A DNA stretch of 64,000 bases from positions 34,722,001 to 34,786,000 of the forward strand of contig NC_086109.1 in the NCBI RefSeq assembly GCF_963921235.1, read 5' to 3'. The stretch comes from Mobula hypostoma. Lineage: Eukaryota. Below are positions 12,685 through 26,645 of this stretch, in pieces (position 1 is the first letter of the stretch; each line of letters starts with the position of its first letter). The position numbers were made by a program, and so were the translations under genes. Below the pieces are notes generated by a model. It was not told where the DNA came from. It ran no database searches and saw nothing but the letters and a program-made list of their open reading frames with translations.

Positions 12685-12899
12685 ATAATCATATTCTATT
12701 GCTACTTGAGATTCTTTCTGGGTTAGATTTCAATAAGTGTCATTGTATTAAGTCTGTCAGCACATCTGTTGCTAACCGAAGAGTATGAAATGAATGAACA
12801 CAAGCAAGTTCACTGAGGACAAAATGTTCAAGTAGGGCAGTGTTCAAGCCACCTGCTATCATGTGAGAGTTACTCCTTTCTTTTTATGTAGTCCATTGG

Positions 12900-13100
12900 G
12901 CCTGAGCTGGAACTGAGGGATTTAGGATTGAAAGGGACTTGGGGTGAGAGAGGTTTACAAATATAAAGTTGTTAAGGGTCTACTGGTGCAAAATGGGAAT
13001 AGGTATTAGTCCTTTCTGTGGAACTCTCTGTGGGTAAAACCAATAGGATTAATTGTCGATATGTCGATATGGGTAGGAAAAATATTCATTGAGAGCACAT
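12900..13100 (+). mobile_element. Very old CR1 3' fragment
   Basis: Weak resemblance to the RGDLIEVYKI region. Confidence 0.35.
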
Positions 13101-13559
13101 TCTGTGATCATTGATTGAGATTGATTATCGAGGTTCACTCGAGTGTCTGGGTGGGTGGTGTCAAGTCAAATCAGATGATAGTTGCAAGCCTGATGGAAGG
13201 TTTGACTCGGGAGGCACGGGTGACTGGTGGCATGGAAAAGCCATGTTATTCCTTACCTTTTAAAGGGTCAACCCCATGGCCAAAATGTCTTCCTTGCATT
13301 ATGCAGAAGCAGGCCTCATAGATGCTGTGGAGTTCAACACCCCTGAACGTGTCTGTTGGCTCCTGTGCCCAGGCAGCTAACATCAAGTGTTTTTTTAATA
13401 TAATATTTTCATTTCCGGTCGAAATTGAAAAACAACAAAATGTGGAAATTAGGTACTATGGAACAAAAGTTTTTTGATGATTATTTATCAGTTATTGCAA
13501 GTAAGTTTCAATAAAATCATACAATGAGTTTGAAAATGGCTGTCATGGAATGGTGGGCG

Positions 13560-13785
13560 GTGTGTGAGTGTAGGTGTGTGTGGTTGGGAGTTGTGAATGG
13601 GAGGGAGGGAGGAAATTGATCTGTTTTGCTACTGTTGTTTTAATGCCAGTTGTGTTCTGTTCAGTACTCGGGGCTTGCTATGTTACCATGGCGGCACTTG
13701 CAGACTTCCCCGATTAGGTTGTGTTGGCTGTTGAAATAATGATGCATTTCACTGTATATTTCAATGTACATGCGATAAATAGATT
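13560..13785 (+). mobile_element. LINE/SINE 3' tail fragment
   Basis: GCATTTCACTGTATATTTCAATGTACATGCGATAAAT tail shared with the SINEs at 28229 and 50983. Confidence 0.55.
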
Positions 13786-14025
13786 TTCCCTCCACGCGAA
13801 CTATGTAATGTCTCACATTCCTTTTTTTCACCATCATTACCCTTAACGTTATTTTTTCAAACAAACTTTTTTAAAAAGAAACTTACGGATTTTCATTCAC
13901 GTGACAGAAAATTCCATACTCTGAGAGTTTTTGTACTTTCTTTCAATATCCCATATTGGTCTGTCTGTAATTATACAAATAAAATAACTATTCGTTTTCT
14001 GAAGATGATCACAATGATCATATAT

Positions 14026-15489
14026 AAGGGGCTGAGGAGAGCAAGAAGAGAGCATGAGAAGGCCTTGGCGAGTAGGGTAAAGGAAAACCCCAAGGAATTC
14101 TTCAATTATGTGAAGAACAAAAGGATGACAGGAGTGAAGATAGGACTGATTAGAGATAAGGATGGGAAGATGTGTCTGGAGGCTGTGGAAGTGAGCGAGG
14201 TCCTCAATGAATACTTCTCTTCGGTATTCACCAATGGGAGGGAACTTGATGAAGATGAGGACAATATGAGTGAAATTGATGTTCTGGAGCATGTTGATAT
14301 TAAGGGAGAGGAGGTATTGGAGTTGTTAAAATACATTAGACGGATAAGTCCCCAGGGCCTGATGGAATATTCCCCAGGCTGCTCCACGAGGCAAGGGAAG
14401 AGATTGCTGAGCCTCTGGCTAGGATCTTTATGTCCTTGTTGGATTCAGAATTGGCTTGCCTGCAGAAAGCAGAGGGTCATGGTGGACGAGTGCATTCAGA
14501 TTGGAGGGTTGTGTCTAGTGGTGTCCCACAAGGGTCAGTTCTGGGACCTCTACTTTTCATGATTTTTATTAATGACCTGGATGTGGGGTAGAAGGGTGGG
14601 TTGGCAAGTTTACAGATGACACAAAGGTTGGTGGTTTTGTGGATAATGTAGAGGATTGTCGAAGATTGCAGAGAGACATTGATAAGATGCAGAAGTGGGC
14701 TGAGAAATGGCAGATGGAGTCCAACCCAGAGAAGTCTGAGGTGGTACACTTTGGAAGGACAAACTCCAAGGCAGAGTACAAAGTAAATGGCAGGATACTT
14801 GGAAGAGTGGAGGAGCAGAGGGATCTGGGGGTACATGTCGACTGATCCCTGAAAGTTGCCTCACAGGTAAATAGGGTAGTTAAGAAAGCTTTTGGGGTGT
14901 TAGCTTTCATAAGTCGAGGGATAGAGTTTAAGAGTCACGATGTAATGATGCAGCTCTATAAAACTCTGGTTAGACCACACTTGGAGTACTGTGTCCAGTT
15001 CTGGTCGCCTCACTATAGGAAGGATGTGGAAGCATTGGAAAGGGTACAGAGGAGATTTACCAGGATGCTGCCTGATTTAGAGAGTATGCATTATGATCAG
15101 AGATTAAGGGAGCTAGGGCTTTATTCTTTGGAGAGAAGGAGGATGAGAGGAGACATGATAGAGGTATACAAGATACAAGAGGAATAGATAGAGTGGACAG
15201 CCAGTGCCTCTTCCACAGGGCACCACTGCTCAATAAAGGAGGACATGGCTTTAAGGTAAGGGGTGGGAAGTTCAAGGGGGATATTAGAGGAAGGTTTTTT
15301 ACTCAGAGAGTGGTTGGTGCATGGAATGCACTGCCTGAGTCAGTGGTGGAGGCAGATACACTAGTGAAATTTAAGAGACTACTAGACAGGTATATGGAGG
15401 AATTTAAGGTGGGGGGTTATATGGGAGGCAGGATTTAAGGGTCGACACAACATTGTGGGCCGAAGATCCTGTATTATGCTATGTATGTT
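14026..15489 (+). mobile_element. CR1 copy 3, 5' truncated, with ~380-bp internal deletion
   Basis: Near-identical to copies 1 and 2. The junction at ~14441 skips the equivalent of 7153-7528. Confidence 0.95.
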
Positions 15490-17557
15490 TTATTAATTAC
15501 TTTGCAACAGATGAACAGCGCTTAAAGGCGAAACATCTTTCAAAAGGCACCTCGAACCTGAATGAGAAAGTATGAATTAGAATAGTTAATTTAATACCAA
15601 ATGATGTATGGAAAGCAAAATAGAGAGGAGGGTAAAGAGATGGAAACAAAAAGACTACTTTCCCTTGTATTTCATAATATTCTGTATTAATTATAATTTG
15701 AAAGAATAAAACGATGCTTGTAAAAATTAATCTTCCAGAACTTGTGTGGCAGAAGTGAAATTGCATTCTTATTGTTCGCCATTTAAATATTCACCAGCAC
15801 TTGAACAGTTCATACTTGTCTCCTCTTTTCTATTTAGTATCCATTACATTGTAGTTTAAATTGTTTTTCTATAGCAAAACAATATGTAATATTTTTGTTT
15901 TTTTTTGCAATAAGCTGGAAAAATGATTGTTTAAAAACTTTGTCCCACAGGATCAAGTTTCTGCATTCTTTTAGCCTTTCATATATTCTGGTGCACAGGC
16001 CCCTTTGTCCTTTAATAAAGTAGACACTTTTATCAGTGATTCCTTATCAATAATTATACCAGTTCTGTGACCCACCAGCTGTGTATTTTTGTCACCAGAA
16101 TGCTTCAGCAGCAAAACTCAGGCTTCTAGAGCTGTCTGAATGTAAAACTTTCTGTTAACAGGATTTTAAAAATGGATCCATAAATAAAATATGTAATAAT
16201 TCTCTTAATAGTACATCAAGAGGGTCTAGAACACACAAAGATGGCTTGACACTATCAATCACTAATTGCCCTATTACTTTTTGAATAGTTTTCCTTTTAA
16301 GTTTTTTTTAATTAAATCTGAGCCACCTTCGTCAGACAGAAACAATTAAAATCAACTGTATTGCCTATAGACATGCAGGTTAGATTTGATTATATTTGGC
16401 CATCAAATTTCTCTCCTCATCTTTGTAAAAGGTGTTGCCATTTTGGAAGGAGATGATTCTTCTTTCTGCCAATTTTGCACACAACTTTTGACTGTGTCCA
16501 TTTGTATGTTTTTTGATTGAGCTGTTGACCACAGCAGACTGCATTCTGCCCTCACATGAAATTTGCACTCAAACATGCTAAGTTCACAAACTGGTTGAGG
16601 AAACACTGCTCAGTGGCTAGAAGCAAGAATCAAGGTTGATTTCCACTTAATAATGCAGGAAAATATAGACAAATTCTGGATTGTCTCCTGCTTTCCTCTT
16701 GTAGCCCCAACTGGGACCATCTCATCTGCCACAGGCCAGGATTAACTAATGTTACTTCTGATCTGTAAGACTCTCCTTTCTACTGTTGTAATTCATTATT
16801 TAAGGAAGGTAAATATTATACTCAATACTGTCATGTTCCATACCTTGAGAATTTTGAGATATCATGTTATTTGGTCGGTGGGGGTGAGGGGTTGATGACA
16901 GAAAAGTGGGTGTGGAAAAAATTCATCACAAAACTACGATGAACAGTAAAAATTTTCATTGAGGTGGAAGGATCTGATAACTATAAACAACTTGAATTAA
17001 TTAACTAACTTGATAAATGTCCTAAGCATATCCTCTTGTCATTATGTGGATATGCAACATAAGCAAGATAAATTAAACAATCACCACTTTAATCCATTTC
17101 TTATATATGCTAAAAATTACTGAAAATTAAATGCATAGGTGGTACTGAAATTGTGGCGCTCTGTTACTGTTCTGTTGTTTAAAAATGCACTTACAGTGTA
17201 ATTAATGATTCAGATATTGGCACGGTAATGTTAAAGGTATTTGCTATGATTGTGCCATGAAATTTAAGGGGAATTTCTGGATTATACGCATAAGTAGTTA
17301 AACATGGAAACTCAATCTATTCTAAGAGATGTCCTGCTTCTTCATGGCATTGCAAACCTTTTCAAGGAAATCTTCAAAATCAGTGTCCCAGTGAGAACTG
17401 GGGCACTGTATGTTCACTACAAACAATTTTTTGATGCCATCTTTATAAAAGCTTTGCTTTATTACATATGTTGCATGTGATTTTAATGTTAGCTAAGCAA
17501 CTCTAAATCTATATTATGCATGGACTGAAATTTCTTCTGACTGATTTCTAAATAAAA

Positions 17558-18765
17558 TATAGAGAACGTTGAACACTACAGCACAGCATAGACACTTCGG
17601 TCCACGTTGTTGTGCCAACCCATTAACCTACCACAAGATTAAATAACCTAATATATCTACCTTTATCCCCACCCCGGTAGTATGTTCCAACTCTTTGTGT
17701 AAAAAAAACCCTACCTCCGACATCCACCCCTATACTTTGCTCCAAACATGTTAAAGTTATGCCCCCTTGTGTTAGCCATTTCCGCCCTGAGGAAAAGGCA
17801 CTGGTAGTCCATTGTAACTATGCCCCTGATCATCTTATACACCTCTATCGAGTCACTTCTCATTTTCCTTCACTTCAAAGAGAAAAGCCCCAGCTTAATC
17901 AAACTTTCTACTTGAGACACATTCTCTAATCCAGGAAGCATCCTGGTAAACCTCTCATGCACTGACTCTAAAGCTTCCACATCCTCCCTATAATGAGGCA
18001 ACCAGAATTGAACATAATGCTGCAAGTGTGGTCAAAGCAGAATTTCAGAGAGCTACAATATTACTTCATGGCTCTTGAACCCAATCCCCCAATTTGAATG
18101 AAGGCCAGCACACCATACACCTTATGAACCACCACAGTAATTTGTACTGCAACCTTGTGGGATCTATGGATGTGAACTCCAAGATCCCTCTGTTCCTCCA
18201 CATTGTTAAGAATCTTATCATTAACCCTGTACCCTTTCTTCAAGTTCATCCTTCTAAATCGAATGATTTCATACTCTTCTGTATTAAACTCCATCTGTCA
18301 CGTCTCGGCTAGCTCTGCATCTTATCAACATCCCTTCAATAATGTACAACAACTCTCTAGGCTATCCATAACACTATCATCTGCAAACTTACTAAACCAC
18401 TCTTCCACTTCCTCATCCAAGTCATTTATAAGAATCACAAAGAGCAGGGGCCCCAGAACAGATTTCTGAGGAACATCACTGGTCACCCACCTCCAGACAG
18501 AATACATTCTATCTACAACCACATTTCACCTTCTATGGGCAAGCCAATTCTAAATCCACACACCCTCGGTTCCCTGAATCCCATGCCACCTGACTTTCTG
18601 AATAAGCTTACTATGGGGAACCTTGTGAAATGCCTTAATAAAATCCACATACAGCACACCCACTGCTCTGGCTTCAATATGATTTGTCACTTCTTCAAAG
18701 AATTCAATCAGGCTCGTGAAGCACGACCTGCTCCTCACAAAGCCATGTTCATTATCCCTGATCAG
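17558..18765 (-). mobile_element. Older CR1 fragment
   Basis: Minus-strand ORF pieces [49 protein letters not shown]1 3' end at ~17560. Confidence 0.9.
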
Positions 18766-19689
18766 GATATCTCACGACAATAAAGTAACTCTTGTTTTGG
18801 ATTTGCTTATGATATCTCGGTTTCAATCTGTGGATATACATTCCAATTTTTACTGATATTACTTATATTTCATTAAATGAACATTTTTTCTATATTCTTA
18901 TATTGATAAGCATAATAATTCTTCATTATAAAAAAATAAACATTTAGCTTGTTTACATTCCAGTTGAAAGATATGAGGCATCCCTTAGAACTGATAACTG
19001 GTGACACTAAGTAATTATCCACACTTCAGAAATTATCATTTTGTAGAGGGCAGCTTCCTTTGTTGCCAATACTGCCTATAAAGTCTGGCTCTAAATGATG
19101 TTTTATCATTACCAGGAATTATTAAAAGGGACTATGTTTTCTATTTCTTGCGAAGTAATATGTTCAATGTTGCTCAAGTGGAGCATTGCATTCAGCAATT
19201 GACTTGCTTAAGTGTAGAGTACAAAGAGATGAGGGCAGCAGGGCATTTGTGATTCTGGAGAGAACTGTATCTGCTTAACCAATGAGAATTAAAATTGAGA
19301 ATATGAGCTAAACAAGGTCTAAACTGAGAGATGAACTAGGCTAGGTACTTTCAAATCAACATAGTAAGGAATATTTAATGTGAAAGAAAAAAAGATGCAA
19401 GGGAAAAAGTAGAGAAAATTAAAATGCCATTTCTAAAATTGCCTGAAATTGTTCATTAGATGAAAAAACTGAATTCCAAATTTATGATTGTATATTTTCT
19501 GGGTAAAAGATTTGACCATTATAGGCACATCTCTCCACACCATCTATAGGAGGTACTGCTTCAATCAAGATCCCTATTCTCTGGGCCAAACCATTTCCCA
19601 CAGCTACCATTGAGCAGGAGGTAGAGCAGAGTTTGCCAGCCTTTCTTATGCCATTGACCAATACAATTAAGGAAGGGGGTCTGTGGATC

Positions 19690-19990
19690 CATATAACCAT
19701 ATACCCATATAACCATATAACAATTACAGCATGGAAACAGGCCATCTCGGCCCTTCTAGTCCATGCCGAACTCTTACTCTCACCTAGTCCCACCGACCTG
19801 CACTCAGCCCATAACCCTCCATTCCTTTCCTGTCTATATATCTATCCAATTTAACTTTAAACAACAACATTGAACCTGCCTCAACCACTTCTGCTGGAAG
19901 CTCGCTCCACACAGCTACCACTCTCTGAGTAAAGAAGTTCCCCCTCATGTTACCCCTAAACTTTTGTCCTTTAACTCTCAACTCATGTCA
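19690..19990 (-). mobile_element. CR1 3' fragment, different subfamily
   Basis: RGNFFTQRVVAVWSELP motif and a (TATATGGT)n tail. Confidence 0.9.
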
Positions 19991-20024
19991 GGTTAGGAAA
20001 CCCTGAGGTAGAGAAAAGTGAAGT

Positions 20025-20250
20025 CCCCCATCACCATGCTATGAACATTTACTTCCCTTCAACTATTTGGTCCTTGAACCAATCAGCAAAATTCATGATC
20101 TTTACAGTTTAGAAACACTGCAATTAAATTGGCTAGTTTATTTTGTTCTAATTGTGTATAATTCATATTCCTCTTGTAAATGCTGCTTATATAAAGCAAT
20201 GTGCCTGAGATATTGCTGCAGCTGAGATTTTCATTGTACTTATGCATATA
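20025..20250 (+). mobile_element. Old LINE 3' end fragment
   Basis: Similar to 40575-40885 (ACTTCCCTTCAAC...GTTTAG...GTGC.TG.G..GCTGC). Confidence 0.45.
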
Positions 20251-21419
20251 AAAATACATTATTTATTGTGTTATAATGTATTTGCACTATTAGTAGAATT
20301 AACTATGGCAAATTTAAGGACAATTAATATTCAAATATAGCAACTTCCTGAAATCACAGAAAGCTTAAATGAGAGATGTCACATTCACAAAGGAAATATT
20401 GGAAAGGTGCAAATCAGCTAACAGCACATGGTGATTTGCAATTTGGAGATCTCTTCCTTGTTAAACTTGATGGCCAATTTGTGGCTTTATTTTGTCGATT
20501 AACTCTGCCCCCATATTTTTATAAATAACATGCAGACTTTAATACGCAGGAGACTTCTGAGGCAGACTTTCCATTTTGAGTGTAGTGCAAATTAGGATAA
20601 ACACTCTGGTAGTTTTCAGACATGAAGTTATGTTTCAATTTTCTGCTTAATCAGGAATGAAAAATTAAGCAGCATAATCAGCTAGTTATTGATATTTATT
20701 TTCATTGCTTTAGGGATGGAAACATAATACAAATTCATTACCATAGCTTAAAAACAGAGGAGAAAATAAATACCTTTCTAATACCATTCTGGCAAAAGAT
20801 TATTTAATCTTTAGACTCTCTTTGAAGGACCAAAGTAACTACAATTAACAGAAACTAGCCCTGGTGATTAATTAGAATCAGGAATATGAGATCACGTGAC
20901 TTACATTTGCTATTACTTAGGGTAAAAATTGCCTCATCTTTTATAAGAAAAATAATGAGCGGATAGTTTAGGGTTGACATTTAACTATTGTTCAACATAA
21001 GTGATTGTTGAATTCATTCAGTTAATTTATCTTTTATTTGTCACAAATTACACAAAGTAAACGTCAAGAATAAAGCATAAAAGAATTCGTGGCTCTGTAT
21101 AAATTAACATTCTGTTGAACTTCAAGTCATCAGCTTCAGGGATTAACAATGAATGTTGATGAGGTATTGGAGGTTAAGTTTACAGTCCACAGTACCACGT
21201 GAAATGCAAAGTTACAATTAATAAGGTGGTGCATGTGTACTGTACAAATAACATTCATTAACATATTAGAAAGGAATAACTAAACAACTCTTTGCAGGCT
21301 TCTTGGCACAAATGATTTCTTGAGGTGTCATAACACATCCATAAACACTTGTTTAATGATGTTTAAGATATTGCTTAATTTGAAACTTTGTAGACATCTT
21401 AGAGTTTGAATAGCTTTCC

Positions 21420-24400
21420 GATCAAAAATGCAGCACTTTTACGGGAGATAAAAACTTTGGGAAAACAGGTACTTTATATCACCTGCCACTACCTTTGATT
21501 TTTCAGAAAGCTTTTGCTACAATGAAGTAGGATTTTAAAATCTCAGAGTATTTGCGGGACTAAGAATTTCTGTGACAAGAGCTTGCAGGCATATTATTAG
21601 ATGTTTTGAAGATGTTAGGCATATTATTGGCTGTTTTGAAGATGTCTGTTTGACGCTTGTTAAACTAGGGATATAGATTTACAAGGGGAGACTATCCGCC
21701 TGGCCTCTATATTGCTAGAGAAGCAGCAGGAAGAGTTTCTGATCTAAATAAGCAACAGTTGACTCAAATCTGAGCACTAGACGGCGCCTTAATCCGCCAA
21801 ACAGAGCGCTATCCTCTCTGTTTCGTTTTGAGAGGATGAAGAATTCGGTTGCAAACTTTTGTGAACGTATGAGCAATGCCATCTCGTGCTGTGCTGATGA
21901 GCTCAATTATACAAGAACTCTGCTATTGCACGAAACGGGTCTGCTGAAGCCCCAGGTTTCTTTTTAACGTTGTGTTTCGAAGAACAACGTGTCCTTCCAG
22001 AATCAAGTCAATATTAAATTAGTTACATGTGGATTAATAGGATTCGGTGTCACTTCGAGGTTAACCATCTAAATGAGTTGTAGTAATCATCCATTGACAT
22101 CAGTTGCTTGTAAATCGTACTGCAGTCTACAGTACACGGGAACCCTCTCAATCGAATTCTAACCTTCTCAAATGTCAGTTAAAATATCCTTTACCTAGGT
22201 TAATTTTAAGGTGAGTGTAACAGCATTCACTGCTCCCTCATTTTTTTTTAACTCTTTTTAAAGTACAGAATGCAAAGTAGACAAAATATGGGACCATTGT
22301 AAGTTGAGGCTTTTGTGTGTATGTGATTTCAATAATAAAGAACTGGGAGCTTAATTAAATGTGTTGTTTATTTGTAAAACTACACACAAGACACTTCTTC
22401 GGCTGTATCTGAACTACCTTCCACTTGCTTCTTTCTGTGCTTCTGGTCCATCCCTTTGGATGCAAATGCACATCCGTTAACAGAATCACCTTCCACCATT
22501 AATAACGAAATAATGTTTGAGATTCAGTAATAATACTTTACTCGGGTGAATTGAAATCCAGCAGTTCTCCACGCACATCAGACGTACTGAACCTGCAGTC
22601 TATGAAGTTGGTTAATGATTTGGAAGAACTGCAAAGATCCTGGACTGACTTGAGAACCTCTTAGCGTACGAAGATTTCACATTCTTAGCCTTTCTTTATA
22701 TTATTTTAAACTATCGGCACAAACCAGACTGGCCGATCTTCACCTCACGGGAGCCCTCGCAATAGCCCGCCGGTTGAATCACATGAAATTGTGTTTAAGT
22801 TGGGGCTGGGGCTATTTTGCATTTTAAAAAAATCCCCAAAATTGAACGGTGGCTTTTAACTTCGCTGTAGCATTCAGAAGCAGAAGACCTATCGCTTCTT
22901 TTGGGACTGGGATTTCCTTTAAGTGAAACCTACATACTCCGCCACGTTTGTAATACTCCATTCTGTTATTGACCGCCAGTAGCGGTATAACATGCACTAA
23001 ATCCCGTGCTTGGTTGGAATAACTTTAATGTTTATTTTAAGATTTATTGCAGGTAACATGTTACTATGGTGATCTATTTCAGAGCCAGCCCAATAGAACC
23101 AAACCCCAGGTTGTTCAGGCAGTGAATGGAGCTGAAATAATGTTGACGGGCAGGCCGGTAGAAAGCCGGCACTGCACCTCTGATGTAAACTGTAGGCTAC
23201 AGTTGCCAGATGATGCCTGCAAAGATAACGCTTTAGTTTAAGTGTACTGGCAGCAAGGAGTGGTACAGGGCTCGAAACGGTAGTGAGACGACCCTTTTAT
23301 TCGTAGCATCACATATGTTGTTCTGGTAAAAGAAAATGTGAACCCCGTCCGCTTGCGGTGATTAGTGAAGACTTCTGCTCTACAAACCGATGTAAACGAA
23401 TGCCTGGAGCCAAAGAGCAGAATACAGTTGTAAGATCTCATTCCGAGCGGAGCACGGTTACTGCAGAATGCGATCGATTTCTTAAATCACGGTGCTCTGT
23501 GAGAAATCCAATTTCTTTTTGGTAAAATGAAAATCTCTTCACGCTAAGTTGAAGAGATTCGATCACATTAAGGAAAGTGCACTGTGTTATGACGAGTGGA
23601 ATTGTTTAACTGTAGAATAATCGGCTCCGACCGCCCGGCACCTCCGGATTCTGGCTCTTTTTACAGTCACTCCGCGAGCTGGATAGGAACTGAAGACATT
23701 CATTACAAGACGTGTCGTGTTGCGTAGGGTATTTATACAGTTAGGCTCAGTTTCTCCGCCTGAATCACTGGTGTGGAGGAATGGAAAGGCGTTAGACGGC
23801 CCTGGGAGATCTGCTTCTCATGAATGGATACTTTCCAGCCTAGTTAGACGGTGGGTCGTTCCAGCATCCTGGGCGACTCCACTGCTTCTTGCTCCAAATA
23901 ACAGGAGCCTGTACATTTTTAGAGGCGAATGCTGGTGTGTGAATGCCAGAGAGAAAATCTAAACCGGAGACGGTACAACAAGCGAACTGAATTAAAATCG
24001 CTTTGGCTATCTCAGCCTCAGTATCCTGTATCAAGGTAGGGGCAAACTCAACCTATTACAATGCATTTCTCCTTATTCTAAAATGCAGTTCCGCGCTTTG
24101 AGTTCCCAGACTATAGCGGGCTGCAGTTTACCGAGCGATCGGTGGAAACCCTATATACAACACCGAGCACAAACTACTAAAGTGGGTAGGTTAAAAATAG
24201 CTTGAATTATATTTAACAAAAATTAAAAGTTATGTACGCAACAGTACTTGCTTTCCAAGAGAACCCCGCGTATCATGACAGAAGTGAACGGTACCTTTCG
24301 TCTCGAAAGGCTTGTTAGATTGGTAACTACCGGTCGGTCACTCTAGGGGAATGCGGGGAATGTCTAATATTTTTTAAGCAGCTCATATCGCAATTGGTAG

Positions 24401-25750
24401 AGATCTGCAGTGTACGGAATCTGCCGGGATTGCGTTTTCAGCAGGCGTGAAATAGGTTGTTAATCTCTTGTTTAATTAATAACACACAGCAGCGCCACTA
24501 CCTAGCCATTACAGCAGCTCAGAAATGAAAGGGCTCCCTAAATTATGCCTGGCGATGTTGAAACTAACGAGTGGTGTATGGGTTGGCGAGAGTGCTGAAT
24601 AGGGTCAGTGCTGATCTGTCCATGGTGCTGAAAGGGCGGATGCAAGGGTCAAATTCTTCGCCGGAGTGCATGGACGAGGGAACGTGGCCAGAACTTTACG
24701 TTTGGACAGATGCGGTTCTGAGAGACAGCGACTCACTCACTCGCAGCCCCGAGTTTTAGTAGGACATGCAGAAAGATGATTTTAAGGATGGTTTTGATTT
24801 CATCGGATTTAATGTATACTTCAGGCTACCGTACTCTCTGAGGTAGGTCAGAATTTTAAGAAGCTATGGTTCACTATCGGCCCAAAAACACAGTGGTTAG
24901 TTTTAGAACTGATGGAAATCTGTAATACAAAGTGCTATGAAGAAGATAACGTGCTCTATTTTCAGCAAAAGTTATATTTGGGTTTTCTAAAGCCTTTTGT
25001 CGGGTATAGACGTGTCCAACAATATCATTATTCACAAAAATATAATTGGGCTTTGCGGTGGAATGTAAAGGTCGGCGTATTTGTGTTAAGAACCGAACGC
25101 CTTATAAAGAGTCTGCGTGATTTTAGCAGCGTTGACTTACTTAAAGTCATAACAGTTGTGGCTTATTTTCCAAAACATTGGAATCGATTTACCTTGCGTT
25201 CTACACTAACTCTCTGCATCATGATTTAAATCTTGAAAATGTCCTAACAGGCAGACATATGAAAATACCCTTTGCCACTGAAGAGGAATTCAGAGATATA
25301 TCGCTTTCATAAAGACGAACAGCTCTGTCTTAAGTTGCGGAAGATCGGGTTTATAACGGAATGCCGAATGATCCTTTTTCCTTTAGCCCCCCCCCCCCCC
25401 AACTCCTACACAAAGCATACGATACGGGATTTCAAACAGGAGTTAGTGGAGACATTTTAACAGAGAAGACTTCTAATTATTCCTTCAGCTATGTCCTTGG
25501 TCATGGTGACGATTGTCATCTACCTAAAATGGGTTTTATTGTATTTGATTTAACAATAGTTGGAATTTATTAGCTGCAGCGAACAGCAATTTGCAGTTGG
25601 GGGTTAGAATAATGTACTTATGAACATTCTTCCAGATAGATTTATTACAGAAGACTTCATTGCTTCAGCCGAGTAATGATTAACCCTTTGATTTCTGGCG
25701 GACAGTATGTTAGATCCCATTGAAGATTAAAGAGGAAAATCCAGACCAGG
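21420..25750. promoter_or_regulatory. CpG-retaining unique region (candidate non-methylated island)
   Basis: CpG density is visibly far higher than in flanking unique DNA. No recognisable repeat or protein motif. Confidence 0.5.
21587..21646. repeat. 30-bp tandem duplication
   Basis: AGGCATATTATTAGATGTTTTGAAGATGTT followed by AGGCATATTATTGGCTGTTTTGAAGATGTC. Confidence 0.9.
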
Positions 25751-26239
25751 CACGCTGTTTATCTCTGGTAGTTATAAGCAAAGTGTTTCCAGATTATCAA
25801 TGATGAGATTATTATAAAGATAATATTGTGAGTTTACAGCAGAATTATTTGCTCATGGACTTGTGATATTAAACAGCTGCAAGCATGCTGTGGCAAAAAT
25901 GTGCATAATACTATTCATTCATTTAAAAGCAAAATGGAGGTTGACAGTAATGGACATCTTTATGCCTCCCACTTTGTAGACAATGTAGAACCGTTATAAA
26001 CACATCTGTTGCATTTCAAGTCTGGCTTTATGCAGCATGTTTTTGCTGCTGGTGCCACATCACAGGCAATCCCCTGGAGGAATCTCTTCCGATTTCCTAG
26101 AAATGTTTCACTTATTGAATCGGGCTATCTCTGGAATAACAAGATGTAAACCAAAAAAAGGGGGAAAGACCCCACAGGTCAAGCAGTATCCATGGAGAGT
26201 AAAACCGTCTGTTAGTTTAATTGTGTGTCATCAGAACAA

Positions 26240-26645
26240 GGTGCAAAGAAACAGAGCAGAAGTAGAATTGTGAGGTAGTCTTGATGGACCATTCAGAATC
26301 TGATGGCAGAGGGGAAGAAACTATTCTTAATACATTGAATATGGACTTTTAGACATCTTTACCTCCTCACTTCCCCTTATAGTAGTGAAGAGAAGAGGGC
26401 TTATCATGAATGGTGGGGGTCTTGACACTGGGTTTTGAAGATGCTTGATGGCGAGGAGGCTGCCCCCCCCGCCCCCCCCCGTGATGGAGCTGGGTGAGCC
26501 TGCAACCCTTTGCAGTCTCTATTGATCCTGTGCATTGGGGCCTCCATACCAGGTGGTGGTGCAACTGGTCAGAATTCTTTCCATGTACATCTGTAGAGAT
26601 TTGCTAGAGCCTTTGGTGACAAACCAAATCTCCTCAAACTCCTTC
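26240..26645 (-). mobile_element. Rex1/Babar-type LINE fragment
   Basis: Minus strand ILTSCTTTWYG and neighbouring C-terminal motifs. Confidence 0.7.

Noticed and set aside
1..15489. Segmental tandem duplication explaining the three CR1 copies
   Set aside because: Similarity stops at the element boundaries and the flanks are unrelated.
21587..21646. CRISPR-like direct repeats
   Set aside because: There are only two adjacent units with no spacer, in eukaryotic DNA. This is a simple tandem duplication.
24487..24508. CTCF site
   Set aside because: There are four mismatches to the core consensus.
24912..25229. 105-aa ORF in the CpG-rich region
   Set aside because: No recognisable domain, and the length is within chance expectation.
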